Below are positions 1 to 13,369 of a DNA stretch of 64,000 nucleotides, piece after piece. How positions within the stretch are numbered: the first letter of the stretch is position 1; each line of letters starts with the position of its first letter. Location of the stretch: NCBI GenBank assembly GCA_951406725.2, contig OX597818.1:19964001-20028000 (forward strand), given 5' to 3'. This DNA comes from Octopus vulgaris (lineage: Eukaryota). Both the position numbers and the translations under genes were made by a program. The notes beneath the pieces were generated by a model, which worked only from the letters and a program-made list of their open reading frames with translations, had not been told where the DNA came from and searched no databases.

Positions 1-124
1 TCTTCTTTGAATAGTTTACCTCGAAAGAAGGAGATGGCTTTGAATCCAATTGAGAGACTGGATTATAATAAAGGGATAGAAATAGGTGTCTTGCTATAGA
101 GGTGGTACTTTTCCAGTAGGAAAA

Positions 125-406
125 GAAAAGAGAGATAGATTAATAGAGAAACAGACAGACAAAGTGAGAGAGAGAGAGAAAGAAAGAGAGAGGGGGAGAG
201 GGAGAGGGAGAGAGAGAGAGAGAGAGAGAGAACAAATGTCATCATGATATTTAAACTGAAATATTTTGGTTCCTCACTTCATGAAAACTGTTTATTTTTC
301 AGATCATGGAAATCATAAAATTCTGTTTCTTAGCAATGACTTATAAGTTTATTTAGAATAATTCCCACCACCTCTCTTATCCTCTCTCTTCCCCTTCTCT
401 TTATCT

Positions 407-441
<35 letters not shown>
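125..441. repeat. (GA)n / purine-rich microsatellites
   Basis: Direct reading. Confidence 0.85.
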
Positions 442-443
<2 letters not shown>

Positions 444-987
444 GTCTGTGTGTCAATATATTTTAGAGCTATAATTGTTTGGGAAATAACATGAAGTTAA
501 AATTAGAAAAATTATGTCATAGAAGTGTTATTTAGCCTCAACACATAGTTTGCTCCTATATAAAAAGTGAAATTTTTCCAAATTTTTTCATATTTTCTGT
601 GCTATGAAAGCCCTTTCAACTGAGAAAAAAAACTTCATATGTCAATTGAAGGGTCTGTCTCTAGTCTCTATCAGATTCCTCTTCTTTTCATGGCAATAGA
701 ATTTGTCCTAACTTTTAACTTTATCACAGTAAATGCTAACATGAACATGCTTTGTGACAGTGTCCACATATTTCTTGGATGACATTATTAACTATTCATT
801 CCCAACCCATCCTTGAGGAAACTGCGGCAGATAACTACTTTTAGTGCTGATGGTCACTTCTGTTGATTTCAAAGTATGAATGTTCGGAGGAAAGGGTTAA
901 ATGAAGAAAAAAAAAACAGAAAGAAGGTGGGATAAGATTGAAAATAAAAGAAGTTGCATCTGTTAGCAATGGGTGTATAAATGTAAC

Positions 988-1050
988 TTGAGTCCAGGTA
1001 TGAAGTAATTTGAGTCCAGGTATGAAGTAGTTTGAGTCCAAGTGTGAAGT
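988..1050. repeat. 22-bp tandem repeat, about 3 copies (ttgagtccaggtatgaagta..)
   Basis: Units start at 988, 1010, 1032. Confidence 0.85.
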
Positions 1051-1179
1051 CACAATAGGAACACTGATGATTTTGATTTTGCCTGGAATTGAACAAATTT
1101 GTCTGTTGATTGCAGGATATAACTCTTTTATTGTTCTGTTTCTTCAACTGAAAAATTGTTTTATGGCATCATGTCACAT

Positions 1180-1480
1180 TTTATGCCATGCAGACCAGTC
1201 GAGGCAATGACTTTCCCAAGATGTCAAATTAAGCTCTAGAGATTTTAGTGATTGCTTCAAGTTAGCCTTATACCTAACAATGGGTCTTTCTTTACTGCAA
1301 TATCCCTGTACTTGTTGGCCATACAAAAGAATTTTTTTAGAACATGATCATTTTTCCTTCAAACAGGATGTCTACCTGTCTGCTCTGAATTCTCAACAGC
1401 ATGCTTTTGATAACAGAGGTATCACATTTTACTAAAATTTTGAAATTTGATATCACATCCTGTCATTTTATGTTACAGAT
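1180..1480 (-). mobile_element. Decayed RTE-type LINE C-terminal fragment
   Basis: Minus strand reads ILLYGQQVQGYCSKERPIVRYKANLKQSL, resembling RTE LLYGEL..G.R..GRP..R.KD.LK. Confidence 0.5.
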
Positions 1481-1624
1481 ATTGTGCAGACAGCACATGT
1501 GAAAGGTTTCAAGTTTCTTTATCTATCTGTAGTAAGGAGTTCCTGCTTCTTCCCTCATACAAAGAAAAAAATTTCTGAGACTATTAGTAATATTAATAGT
1601 AGTATTTCATGCATAAATAGGGTC

Positions 1625-2010
1625 AGGCATGACTGTTGGTAAGAAACTCACTTTGCAACTACATGGTTCTAGGTTCAAGTCTTGGGCCAATCAAAGCTTT
1701 GTGAGCAGATTTGATAGACGGAAACAGGAAGAAGCCCATGCATGCACGTTTGTGTGTGCTTGTGCGCGCGTGCATGTGTGTGTGAGTGTTTGTGCTTGTC
1801 TCCCACCACCACTTCACAACCAGCGATTGTGTGTTTATATCCCCATAACTTAGCAGTTTGGCAAACTGAGATTCATAGAATACATGCCAAGCTTATAAAA
1901 AATAAGTACTGGAGTCGATTCGTTCAACTAAAAGTTCTTCAAAGTGGTACTCCAGCATGGCCACAGTCTAACAACTGAAACAAGTAGGAGATAAAAAATA
2001 AAAGATAAAA
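1625..2010 (+). mobile_element. tRNA-derived SINE, family A (internal (GT)n, 3' cagcatggccacagtc...aaagataaaa)
   Basis: Homologous to 2238-2636 and many other copies in the window. Confidence 0.75.
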
Positions 2011-2237
2011 TAAAACAGGCAGGAAATTGGAACAAAAGAAGAGAAAGACAGGAGTAAAAGGGAATAGAATCTAAGCACAAAAGTAGACTGGCAAGTCTGA
2101 AGTTCAAATTGACAAAAGTTACACACAAAAGTTGAACTGATTAAAATGTATATAAAAAAGTAATGCTTTATATAAACAAGGAGAGAGGCAAAAGATGTTA
2201 CCAACTCCTATGTTTATAAAGTAATGAAATTATTGTT

Positions 2238-2636
2238 AACTGTGGTAAGAAGCATGCTTCCCAACCACATGATTCTGGGTTCAGTCCCACTGCATGGCAC
2301 ATTGGGCGAGTGTCTTCTACTATAGTCTCAAGCTAGCCAAATCCTTGCGAGTAGATTTGGTAGATGAAAAGTGAAAGAAGCCCATTGTGTGTGTGTGTGT
2401 GTGTGTGCGAGCACATGCGTGTGTGTGTGTGTGCTTTTGTCCCACCACCCATTACTGCCTGACAACCAGTGTTGGTGTATTTATGTCCCCACAACTTAGC
2501 AGTTCAGCAAAAGAGACAGAAGGAATAAGTACCAGGCTCGAAAAAGTCCTGGAGTCAATTTGATCAACTAAAATTCTTCAAGGCAGTGCCCCAGCATGGC
2601 CGTAGTCAAATGACTGAAAGAAATAAAAGATAAAAG
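2238..2636 (+). mobile_element. tRNA-derived SINE, family A
   Basis: tgtggtaagaag A-box-like and gggttcagtccc B-box-like head, ttgggc(a/g)agtgtcttctactatag body. Other copies at about 9980-10130(-), 17690-18060(-), 21945-22225(-), 25910-26070, 35940-36150(-), 38795-38965, 48010-48175. Confidence 0.8.
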
Positions 2637-3429
2637 GAAATAAATAATGCAAAACAAAAAGTAAGAAAAAAAAATGAGGTATATAAAAACCTAACCAATG
2701 TAGAGAGAGACCAGGAATTCAAAATGTTTTGAAAGAATGGAAGATATGCAAGAGTTACTACATTTTGTTGTTGTTTGTTCAGTTAACAGATATATTACTA
2801 AATGCATTCCAGCTAGTAAACTCTCAAACATTGCTTCCAGGCCCTAATTTTCAACTGTATCCTCTGTTTGTAAGATAGTAGGGTTTAAAATTTGAGGTTG
2901 ATTAGCTGCTATTTCTACAAGAGTGAGCAACAACATAATAGTTTCTTTGTTGGATTAAGATTCATGGGTTTTTAAAAGGTTAAAATGGCTCTCTCATAGT
3001 GTAATTTATGTATGTGTGTGCATGTGCATGTGTGTGTGTAAGCCATTACATGCTTTATATGTATATATTTCAAACTATATTTTGAGAACTAGCTTTCGGC
3101 TAGCCACGGACAAAGAAAGAGTTTAACTTGGCTTTGCTAATACACAATTGTCAAAATTTATACTGGGTCAATAATTTAATGCCTGGCTGAATCCTTTCAA
3201 TTTCTACAGTAAAGGTTCTGCTTTAGTGCACCCAGTATACATAAGTAGTTCTCTGAAAGAGCTAATATTTAGTAAAAATTTAGTACTCTTACATCAGAAT
3301 TAGGAAGAAACTAATCTTTTATTTTTGCCTTATTCATTTTTTTAATCCTTACAAATCTAACAGACTTCTTAAGGTTGATGTCATAGAGGGAGTATGTAAA
3401 AGCTGGGCTTTTCCTCCCCAAATTCATGG

Positions 3430-4140
3430 TGGTGCATTTGTTTTCCGCTTGTTTGAGTCACCAGTCAGTAATCCATTGCTGCATTGTGTCCAGGTCTGAT
3501 TGCAGGAAAATCTATAGTGTGTCAGGTCTATTCTTTTTATATCAAGGTACAGATTGATGTCATCAGTGTATTTCAACACTGTAATATTCTTAACAGGGAT
3601 CCAAGAATAGATCTCTGTGATACACCAGACATCGTCTCATTGAGTGTAGAGTGCTGTCCTAGAAATATGATTATCTTTTTAAGACTGAGAATGAAGGACT
3701 TCAGCCAGTTATATAGATCATTTTCATGCCCATTGCAGAGAGTTTTGCCATAAGTCTTTTGTGTGGCACAGAATTGAAGGCTTTAGCAGTCAAAATAGAT
3801 AATATCCACTCATGAGCTGTCTGTCATCAGTGATTCAGATGATATCTTCAAGAAACTTGATGAGTTAGCCACAGATGAAGTTACAGATAAATCCAAATTG
3901 TGAGGGTGGAATAAGGCTGTTAGAGTTCCAAAAGTTCCACAGTGTTTCTCTGACATAAGACTCGATCAGTTTGGTGATGCAGCTAGTAAAACTGATAGGA
4001 CAGTACTTGATAGGTGCTGTGTGATCACCCTTTTTGAAGAGGGGAATGACATTGGCAATTTTCCATGCTTTAGTATGGCTTAGTTATCAAGGCAGAATTA
4101 GAAAAAGAATGAAATAACCAGCAGTTGATAGCTATGCCTT
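3430..4140 (-). mobile_element. CR1-group LINE reverse-transcriptase fragment (decayed)
   Basis: Minus strand reads AWKIANVIPLFKKGDHTAPIKYCPISFTSCITKLIES, the CR1 WK.A.V.PIFKKG...NYRPISLTS motif. Confidence 0.75.
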
Positions 4141-4183
4141 TTATTAATCATTAGTGGTAAGCAGGTGGAATTGTTAGCATTCT

Positions 4184-4610
4184 AGGCGGCAAGCTGGTAG
4201 AAACTTTAGCATGCCAGGCAAAATACTTTGTGGTATTTCGTCTGCCGCTGCATTCTGAGTTCAAATTCCGCCGAGGTCAACTTTGCCTTTCATCCTTTCC
4301 GGGTCGATAAATTAAGTACCAGTTATGCACTGGAGTCGATGTAATCAACTTAATCCTTTTGTCTGTCCCCTCTATGTTTAGCTCCTTGTGGGCAATAAAG
4401 AAATAAGAGATTTTAGCATACTAGATAAGATGTTTAGTGGTTTTTCTTCCAGCTTTACATTCTGAATTCAAATACTACCAAGTTTGACTTTGCCTGTCAT
4501 CCTTTTGAGGTCAATAAAATAAGCACCAGTCAATCACTGGGGTCGATATAATTGACTAGCTGCCCCCTCAAAATTTCATGCTTTGTGTTTACAGTAGAAA
4601 GAACTATTAA
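4184..4610 (+). mobile_element. SINE family B (two adjacent units) with Nin-domain-like core gcctttcatcctttcggggtcgataaattaagtaccag
   Basis: gagttcaaattcc B-box; repeated at 11505-11880, 16488-16710, 42070-42215, 44290-44380(-), 45419-45720, 47420-47530(-), 53187-53410, 59526-60560. Confidence 0.8.
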
Positions 4611-5016
4611 TTATCAATGAAATTAAGTATACAAGTCCAGTAAGAAAAAAACCTTTGTTAAAAAATTTCTCCCTCCAAATGAAAAAAAATTTGTACAATG
4701 CATATGTACAAAAGTAATTGCTGTATGTGGACTTTGAATGCAGGTGTGCAATGTTAGTGTACAGGAATGATGGACCACAAATAAGATGAGGAAAGATGAG
4801 TGTAAGAGCATCAGATTTGAGAGATAATGCTACATTGGCAAGGCATGTTGTATGTTTGGAGGATGACATAGCACTGAGATACTCTAGGTAGAGGGAATAT
4901 ATGGAAGAATATCAATCCAAATATGGAATGAAGCAGGGAAGATTGATCTCCTTGTGAAGGAGAGGACAAAGGAATGCAAGCTGTGCTGAAAAGAACTCAT
5001 CCAACTCATGTAGAAA

Positions 5017-6758
5017 CCATGAAATGGGACTACTTTGAACAGTTTTAGACTTCTTATTGCAATAATTTCATAACCTTTTTTTCAATCTTAACTAAATTTG
5101 ACTTTGTTAGGGGGACTAAATAGGTAAACTGATATATGAAATAAAAATAAGCTGCAGTCAATATTTGATTACTTTTTTTTTTATATAATTGTCACTGTTC
5201 AAAGTAACCCCTGATTTGGGGTTATTTTGAACAGTAATGTTTTTTTTTTCCTTATGTTCAAAATTACTCTTATGCAATACAACATTGAACAAAGAAAAGA
5301 GTTATAAAAAAGTGTTTTTTTGTTAACAGATACAAAAGAAAAGTCAATGAACAGCTTTAAGTGTTATAGCACTGAAGAATATGTCACACAGTTATCAGTA
5401 GGTCACATTTTATATACCCCATTCTTGTTCAAGGTCAGGAAATCTTCATACCCAGATCATCTGACAAGTTAACCTCGTTGTAGTTGAAGATGTAATTTGG
5501 AGAGATAAGTTTTCCATCAACTGTAAGAGTCACTTTCAAGTGCTGGAAGTACAAGGACACTTCTGTAGCTCCAAATGAAAAAATATTTTGATATTTTGGT
5601 ACAGGCGTGATACTAATTGGGATTTGCTTCACTTTAAAAATGAATTAGCCCCATTTAGATGAAGGAAAATTGTTTTTAAATTGCATTACTGTGTGACCTT
5701 GAGCTGTGATGTAATTATGGACAAGAACTCTCAAATCCATAGCATCAAATGGAAACCCCCATTCTGCAACAGCTGTAATGTGAGCAACAAACACTGCTTC
5801 TTCTTTTTCACTGAACACTGAAAGGTGACCAGGTTGCCTGCTATGCTTATTGTTCAATCTATGACTCAGAGTTCTGACTGGCATTTTATAAACAACACTG
5901 GCTTTTCAAAGGGTAATTTTCTTTGCTTTAATATCTGTCACTGCTTTATCCAGACTCTTTTGATTATAGGATTTATAGCTTCGAGAGCCAGGTTTTCTAT
6001 TATAAATTCTTGGCATAACTATTTGGTTAATGCTAATCTCAATCCAAACTACAAGTTGATCCTAAAAAAAAAAGAATATAGTTTAAAGAATTAGACTTTG
6101 CAACAGATAGAAAAACTGATTCTGGCTATCAAGCCATTATAAAAAATATGATAAATTTGCAGTTACACCTCATTAATTCTATGGGTGAAATATTGTTCAT
6201 AAATAGGAAAAAACATTTAAAAATCTTAAATACCTAACTTATATTGGTCACTATTAGTTTGAACTGTAGTAGCAGCTTGCTTACGGCTGGAAATAGCTAT
6301 TCCGGTTATTTTGAACAACATTCAAAATAACTCCACTTGATAATCCAAGGATGGTGGGTGGGGCTATCATGTTATACAAGTTTTTACAAAGATACCAAAG
6401 TTATAAAAACACTTCAATAGAAAATTAACTAGTTATATAAACATCATGTTTTAACAAAAGTTTGTATCTGTTATGCAAGAAGTGCTTTAGCTACTGACAA
6501 AAGTATTCATATTTTGCAAAAACGTTTGTTTTACTGGAATTTGAAGAAGCTGACAAATTTTTTCTTTGAGTGGATAATCAAAGTTATATTTACAAATTTT
6601 ACTTTTTGTATTGAAATTATATTATCATAGAAATATAATTCTAAAGTTTAACAACACATTTAAACAATTCTATAAAAATTTTAGTAACAAGCAATAAGAG
6701 GAAACAAAATATATTTTGTTCAAAGTTACCCTAGTGTTCAAAGTAACCTCTTTCATGG
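5017..6758 (-). mobile_element. pogo-superfamily DNA transposon, internally deleted
   Basis: Imperfect TIRs ccatgaaa..g..tactttgaac at both ends with internal repeats of ggtta(c/t)tttgaac. Transposase remnant from ATG 6016 (MPRIYNRKPGSRSY...; FSEKEEAVFVAHITAVAEWGFPF, CENP-B-type HTH; NYNEVNLSDD, first-D region). Confidence 0.75.
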
Positions 6759-7049
6759 TATAGAAAAATAAACATAAGAAGCCAACAGTGGTAATCAGGA
6801 TATATATTATTGTATTATTGTAACAGGATATATATTATTGTATTATTGTAACAGACTGATGTGAGTGTACATCAGAGTTACTAAATGTAGTGGTAACATG
6901 CAAAGGGTCACCATATGTAGATAGTCAAAGGCAGGATGAAGCAGTGTAATAACAACATTGAAGAGGAAAGGAATAACATTTACAAATTTATTTGCCAATG
7001 GTGTTCAGTAAAATATACATAATAGTAATTGATAATTGTAATGATGTGA

Positions 7050-7750
7050 TGGCAGTTTGCTGATATTTGGTAGTGTGTATGCTGTGCATTCTGAGAGGAA
7101 GAAAGGGTGAGGATTACATTGTCATTTTCCATTCAGCCGATGCTATTGCTCCTGGTTAACGGCTGACACAGATAGAGATGTGTGCTCTCTATCAGCCGGT
7201 TGAACCAGAGAGGGCAAGAGAGAGATGATCTCAAGTTATAGATGGTATGGCAAGGAAGTAGATAAAACCTAAAACAATGGACTGACCTTTCAGTGACTTG
7301 AAGGAGAAAGTGGTGGTCCTCCAAGCCATGTGCATGGACCATAAGAACTGGTAGGGGCAAGGGCTTGAGTTATTAATTCAAGCCACCCCAGAAGACTCTG
7401 AAAAAATTATAGAAACAGTCACTATGGAAGATGTAGTGCTGAGGGTTAAAGTGGAGGGCAGAATCCCTAGGTGTTACTAATGTGGCCAAAAGGGTCACAT
7501 TAAGGTTGACTGCCCTTCACCACCCACTAACAAAAAGGGAACTGCACCTCTGCCTCCACCAGAAATCATCACAGAACAAGAAGGATGGGAAAAAATAGAA
7601 AAGAAAAAAAAAAAGGAAGACAAACTGGCAGTGTTGAGTCCCATCTCACACCCACCCAGAGCCCACTTTTCCACACTCTTTCTCTGCAACCACCAGTTCT
7701 TTCCCTAATCCGGGTAACATGGAAAAAACTTGTATGGACTCATGGGTTTC
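7050..7750 (-). mobile_element. Probable decayed CR1/Zenon-like LINE endonuclease region
   Basis: Weak similarity (VHAHGL...CFRF.LL..TI) in ORF 7133-7360; degenerate. Confidence 0.3.
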
Positions 7751-8589
7751 CCAAAACTCGCAATCTCCTCCCCATAAAATAAAAAAAAAACAACAAAAAA
7801 CAAAGGAACAAAAGTATTAATTTTCTATGATCTAATGAATAAACAGTTGGTAGCTGAAATAAAGACTTTGGAAAGCATGAGATTGGTAAATGCCTGGTAC
7901 AAAATCCCCATGCATTTATCTCTGGAGGTGTGTCTTCCACCTTCATCTTGGAAGTACGTCTTCCCCGGTAGGTGGTAGGAACACTATCTCCTCGTTTTCG
8001 GCGGGGTTACAGAGTGCAGTCTGGCAGTTGATGCATCCCTGAACAGCACCTCCACCATGCCATACTTCAGAGGAGGAATACTCAGATGAGCTCATACTAT
8101 CAGTATAGGACATCCTGGAAACTATGCAGCCTCCTACAAAAGGGGAACAGCACAAAACAATTCAGCTGTAAACCAGTAAAACATATGGGCTTTAATGCCT
8201 TTTCAGTTTGGCTTTGAGCCATAATTTCTAATTTTTGACTCTCTGTCGAAAGTGTTCAAAATACAATCAAATTTTCCTTCTGACTCAACATGACATCCCG
8301 GGGTGGGGACACATTTACATTACTTCTATCCTTTTTGATAGTTCATTGAACCTTCCATCTTGTTTCAAAGTAATATTTTTCTGATGGCTTTTAGCAACCT
8401 TTGCAAAGTTCATCTTATCAACATTATCAATAGCTCTAAGGAGTTTCTCTTCAGAGGAGGAATACTCAGATGAGCTCATACTATCAGTATAGGACATCCT
8501 GGAAGCTATGCAGCCCCTTACAAAAGGGAAACAGCACAAAGCAATTCAGCTGTAAACCAGCAATACAAGTGTTCAATAATGCAATGCAA

Positions 8590-8823
8590 AATAACACTAT
8601 TTTTATAAAGATGCGTTTATGAGCATTACTATGTTCATGAAAAGTGAGCGTGTTCAAACCTTACATGCAATCCTTGTGTTTTCAAAAGAGAGTGGTGTTG
8701 TGAGTCAGTGGCATCTTCCTGATGTCAAATTACCTAGAAATATGATAAAATCTATATAATATCCATATTGTGTGAGAAACAAATAATCTTTTGCAATGCG
8801 ACATTTCTTTTGTAGTTCAGTGT
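8590..8823 (-). mobile_element. Left-end fragment of the same Tc1 family as 33498-34946
   Basis: Reverse-complement match to 33498-33690 including TIR aactacaaaagaaatgtcgca. Confidence 0.75.
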
Positions 8824-8828
8824 GTATG

Positions 8829-8906
<78 letters not shown>

Positions 8907-8976
8907 TACATACATACATACATACATACATACATACATACATACATACATACATACATACATACATACATACATA
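8822..8976. repeat. Compound (TA)n/(CA)n/(TACA)n microsatellite
   Basis: Direct reading; explains the spurious YIHT/YVCM ORFs. Confidence 0.9.
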
Positions 8977-9004
8977 AAAAAATAAGTTAAATCGCTGTAA
9001 AAAA

Positions 9005-9335
9005 AAGTGGCATTCTGTTGGTTACAATAAGAAGTATTCCAGTCGATGCAATCAATGGACCAGCCTGCTCATGAGATTAATATGCAAGTAGCTGAGCACA
9101 CTACAAACACACACACCCTTAACATAGTTCTTAGGGGGATTCAGTGTGACACAGAATGTGACAAGGCTGGATCCTTGAATTACAGTTACAACTCATTTTT
9201 GCCAGCTGAGTGGACTGGAGCAATGTGAAAAAAAAAACACTTTGCTCAAGTACACAATGTGTCACCAGGTATTGAACTCATGACCTTAGTATCATGAGCT
9301 GAATACACTAACCTCTAAACCACACACCTTCACAA
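9005..9335 (-). mobile_element. tRNA-derived SINE, family C
   Basis: Shares ttcacattgctccagtccactcagctg...aaatgagttg with 30628-30960(+); gagttcaatacc B-box. Confidence 0.65.
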
Positions 9336-10371
9336 ATCAGTGTCTAATCAACTTTGTCAGTGAGTATTCGTTTATTTGATCAATTGCATCATTTTTCATA
9401 ATGAATTTGCATGTAACTAACTATTTGAGTTTTGCTGTATCTAAGAAGAGTCGTTATGCCAAAATTAACAAATGCACTGGTTTAATTCCTCTCCTTTATT
9501 ATTAGTCAATTGGTTAAATAAATATCCAACTAACTAATCGATTGTTTGCTTACTTTGGTTAAACAGTAAGTCATTTATTGTGTTTTGTTTGTCAAAGCTC
9601 TTTTGTTGCTACTAGTAACCTTTTCAATGACTTTTGACTTAGTCTGTTACAGAGGCAATGCTTGTCTGCTTAAGACCTTGTTGCGTGCATGTGCATGTGT
9701 GTGTGTGTGCTTGCATATGTATGTATGTATGTACATATGTATGTATGTACATATGTATGCATGTACATATGTACGTATGTATATATGTATGTATTCTTCT
9801 GCATATTCATGTGTCTGTGTGTTTTACTTTCAATGCACAAATTCACATAATCTTGCAAACCAGATACAATAACTATATGAGTATTGCACAGAAACATATA
9901 CTATTAATGTAAACCTCTTGTAGAATAATGGTGATACAGCTAGTCTCTTGAATAATAGTCACTTATCAACCTGTGTGAGATTTCACACACTTTACTTAAT
10001 TTCACTCATTGAGTTTGGCTTAACCAGAAACTATGGTAAAAGATATTTGCCCAAGATACCATGCAGTAAAACTGAACTCAGGGTGTCATAGTGGCAAAAT
10101 AAACTCCTAAAGTACTCAGCTGTGTCTTTGTCCAGTATACTCAGGCGTACAGGCTGAGTCAAGCGTTGTAAGCTAATGGCAAAGTATCCTGTGACATAAG
10201 ATGATATGGAAAAAAAAAAGAGGTAAGATTGTATCTTTCAGTAAGATCGTCCACAACAACAGGGTGACATATCCCTGATGCACCAGAATGAAGAAACTTA
10301 TATGAAAGGGATAATGAGGATAGTGAGAATGATGATGATAGTGGTGGTGGGGGTTGTTATTATAATTATAG

Positions 10372-11470
10372 ATGTCACACAGTATAAAATATCATGAGGT
10401 TGTTGATTGAAGATACTGTGTCTACCGGGAGTTTGTACTGTTTGTCAAGTCACAACAAGGACCTCAGACAGACAGTACTTTACACAATATGCATGCAGTT
10501 TGAAGTAATACCAACTTTTGCAATACACCTAGATTGTAGAGTATTTCTAAAGTTTTCAGGTGTTTTTCTCAGACTGGGTAGAATTGAACCCAATACTCCA
10601 ATGACAATAGGGATAACCTTTATGTTTGAATCTCGTACTGCCACATTTTAGTGATCTCAATTCTCAGGTCTCCATATTTATCAACCTTTTCTCTTTCTTT
10701 CATGATGATATGTTGATCTCCGGGTAGTACCATATCAATTATTAAGCACTCTTGCTTGTCCCTCCTAAAGGTTACTATATCTGGCCTTCGGTCCTCTAAT
10801 ACCTTGTCTGTCTAGAAGTCAAAGTCCCAGAGGAATTTTGCCTTCCCCTTTTCGTCCATTACCTCTTCTGGAGTATGTTGGTACCAAGCACCCGTAACCT
10901 CATATCCATACTTAAGGCATAGTAGCACCTGTAACCTCATAGCCATACTTACGGCATAGTAGCCAGTGGAGGTTTTGGGCTACCTTGTCGTGTCTACACT
11001 TGTACTCTTTCTGCGCAAGACTTTCACAAGCACTAACAATGTGAGTCACACTTTCGACTCTCTTTCCACACATTCTGCAGAGGTCCGTTGCACTCGTATG
11101 GTATATGTTCTTTTTTACTGAGTTGGTATTCAACGCCTGGTCCTGGGCAGCGGCAATTAGGCTTTCATTATTGTTTTTTAGATCACCCTTGTTAAGCTAC
11201 CTCCATGATGCTTCCGGGTTTTTTAATTTGCTGGTTTCACGGTGGAAATGACCATGCAATGCCATGCAGAGTAGGGTTTCTTCTCTCTCATTGGCTATTC
11301 TTGATTGGAATTTATGAGCATTCTCAAGTCCATTTTTGTTAAACCCTTCTGCATTAGCAACTTACTGTAGCAGGTCTTACTTGCAGTTTACTAAATATTC
11401 TACCATGTTTCTTCTTTCACTGTTGATGCACTCCCATACGCTAATTAGCCCACGTCCACCTTTACCCCTC
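10372..11470 (-). mobile_element. R4/Dong-type RLE non-LTR retrotransposon, 3' part
   Basis: CRMCGKRVESVTHIVSAC zinc knuckle, RHDKVA, and LWDF..TDKVLEDRRPDIV...LIID restriction-like endonuclease motifs; abuts (ATT)n. Confidence 0.85.
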
Positions 11471-11504
<34 letters not shown>

Positions 11505-11505
<1 letters not shown>

Positions 11506-11880
11506 GGTGCCTATCTGGCGGAATCGCTAGCACACTGGATGAAGTGCTTAACAGCATTTCGCCTGTGGCTAAGTTTTGAGTTCAAATTCCACCGAGGTCA
11601 ACTTTGCCTTTCATCCTTTCGGGATCGATAAATTAAATACCAGTTGCGTATGGGGGCTATATAATCGACTGGCACCCTCCCCGCCAAAAAATCGGGTCTA
11701 ATGCCTAGAGAAGAAAAGATTATTATTATTATTAAGGTGGCTATCTGGCAGAATTGTTAGCACACTGGACGAAATGCTTAGCAGTATTTCACTTGTTGCT
11801 ATGTTCTGAGTTCAAATTCTGCCGAGGTCGACTTTGCCTTTCATCCTTTCGAGATCAATAAATTAAGTACCAGTGAAACA
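11505..11880 (+). mobile_element. SINE family B, two copies separated by (ATT)n
   Basis: Same core as 4184-4610. Confidence 0.8.
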
Positions 11881-12040
11881 CAAATTCCTGGCCTTTTGCC
11901 TTCAGCAGAAAGGATTATAATATGAATGAGAGAGCAGCACATGCCATCAAAGTGACACTGGGGTACAAATGTATAAAGCCCAATATATCCATCATGACTA
12001 CCCATCTGATAAGAGTACACAAAGCACATGTATCACAACC

Positions 12041-12044
<4 letters not shown>

Positions 12045-12071
<27 letters not shown>

Positions 12072-12625
12072 TGTGTACAGTGCTCAGGTGCACTACAACT
12101 CATCTAAAGTGTATATATAATCAGGTGTAGTTTCGGCGGATTTCGGGAAGCATGAGGGCCTTAAAGGATGCAGTGTCATGGCAGTCAACAACTGATGCAG
12201 GCAGTTTATTCCACGCTTCAGCAACCCTGAGCGTGAAAAAATGTTTCCGAAAGTCATGGGAGCTGTGCTGTTTTCTGACTTTGTAGGCATGTCCACGTGT
12301 GTTAGACACATGGAGATCAAAAAGGTGTTCAGTGTTGTTGTTGGTGAGGTGGTTGATAACCTTGTGGGTGTTTACCAAGTCCGTTGCTAGACGCCGGAGC
12401 TTCAGTGAATCCATGCCCAGGGAAACAAGGCGCTCAGAATATGGTAGGTGTCTGATGGAGGGTATGCGTTTAGTTGCACGTCTCTGGACAGATTCCAGGA
12501 GGTCAATGTTCTGAGCAAGATAGGGATTCCAAACTGATGATGCGAATTCCAAGTGTGGTCGTACCATAGCTGTATACAGTTTTAAATAGATGGCTGGAGA
12601 GCGGCTAACAAAAGTCTTGCTGAGA
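12045..12625 (-). mobile_element. CR1-group LINE 3' end with intact C-terminal ORF and (TTA)n tail
   Basis: ORF 12121-12567: VRPHLEFASSVWNPY...LESVQRRATK...YSERL...TRGHAYK...FFTLRVAEAWNKLP; 3' tail is the (AAT)n run at 12045-12070. Confidence 0.9.
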
Positions 12626-13369
12626 GTGTGTGTAACATGGTGATCTCATATTATAACAAACAGCGCATGACCTTGGAGGTGGGTCCCAGTTAGAATCTTC
12701 TTCAGGCTGAGTAGCCCATCCCACTCAACAGGTCCCTGAATAAGGGTTGTGTAAGGATGTTGGACGAAACCCCCACGTTTCCAGAAGTGAATTATTTAAA
12801 CCCCATAGAATTCCTCTCAACACATAGCTATGATGCTCCCGCACTACTCCTGCTCATGATCAAAGATGCACATATACTCAGTCACCAAGACATATGCTCA
12901 ACTGGTTCAGGTCAAACAACTGACAAGCAAATCTGTGGTATTGAGCAGAATATTTGCAGTAGCCCATCTTTTACACCAAGACAAAACATGTACATGACGT
13001 CATTATTATGATTTGATATCAGTACATGTAAAAGCAAAAGTGAAGTGAATTAAATCAGTGTGTGTATTTCTATGTATATACCTTGTAACAGCAGAAAAAG
13101 TAGTTGTGAATGTCTATTTGTATGGGAATATGTATTAGTGGAAAGCAGAAAGAGAGATTCACAACAAAATGAGGGTGAGAAAAAGAGTATATATGACGAC
13201 GTATGTATGTGATTATGTAGGTGTGTATGTATGTATTTATTTCCTTTATATGTTTCAGTCCAAGGCTGTGGCCGTGTGATATATATATATATGTTTGTGA
13301 GTAAGTTGATCAGAGTAGAATGTATTTGTGTATGAGGATATACATGTTTATAGTTGTGAATGTTTGTGT

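Noticed and set aside
8705-8990. ORFs rich in YI/HT/CV/MY (also near 9600, 33400, 40000, 47900, 52300, 54600)
   Set aside because: Translations of microsatellites
1-13300. A second protein-coding gene upstream
   Set aside because: No exon-like segments with recognisable host-protein motifs found; the recognisable peptides are TE-derived, though small exons could be missed
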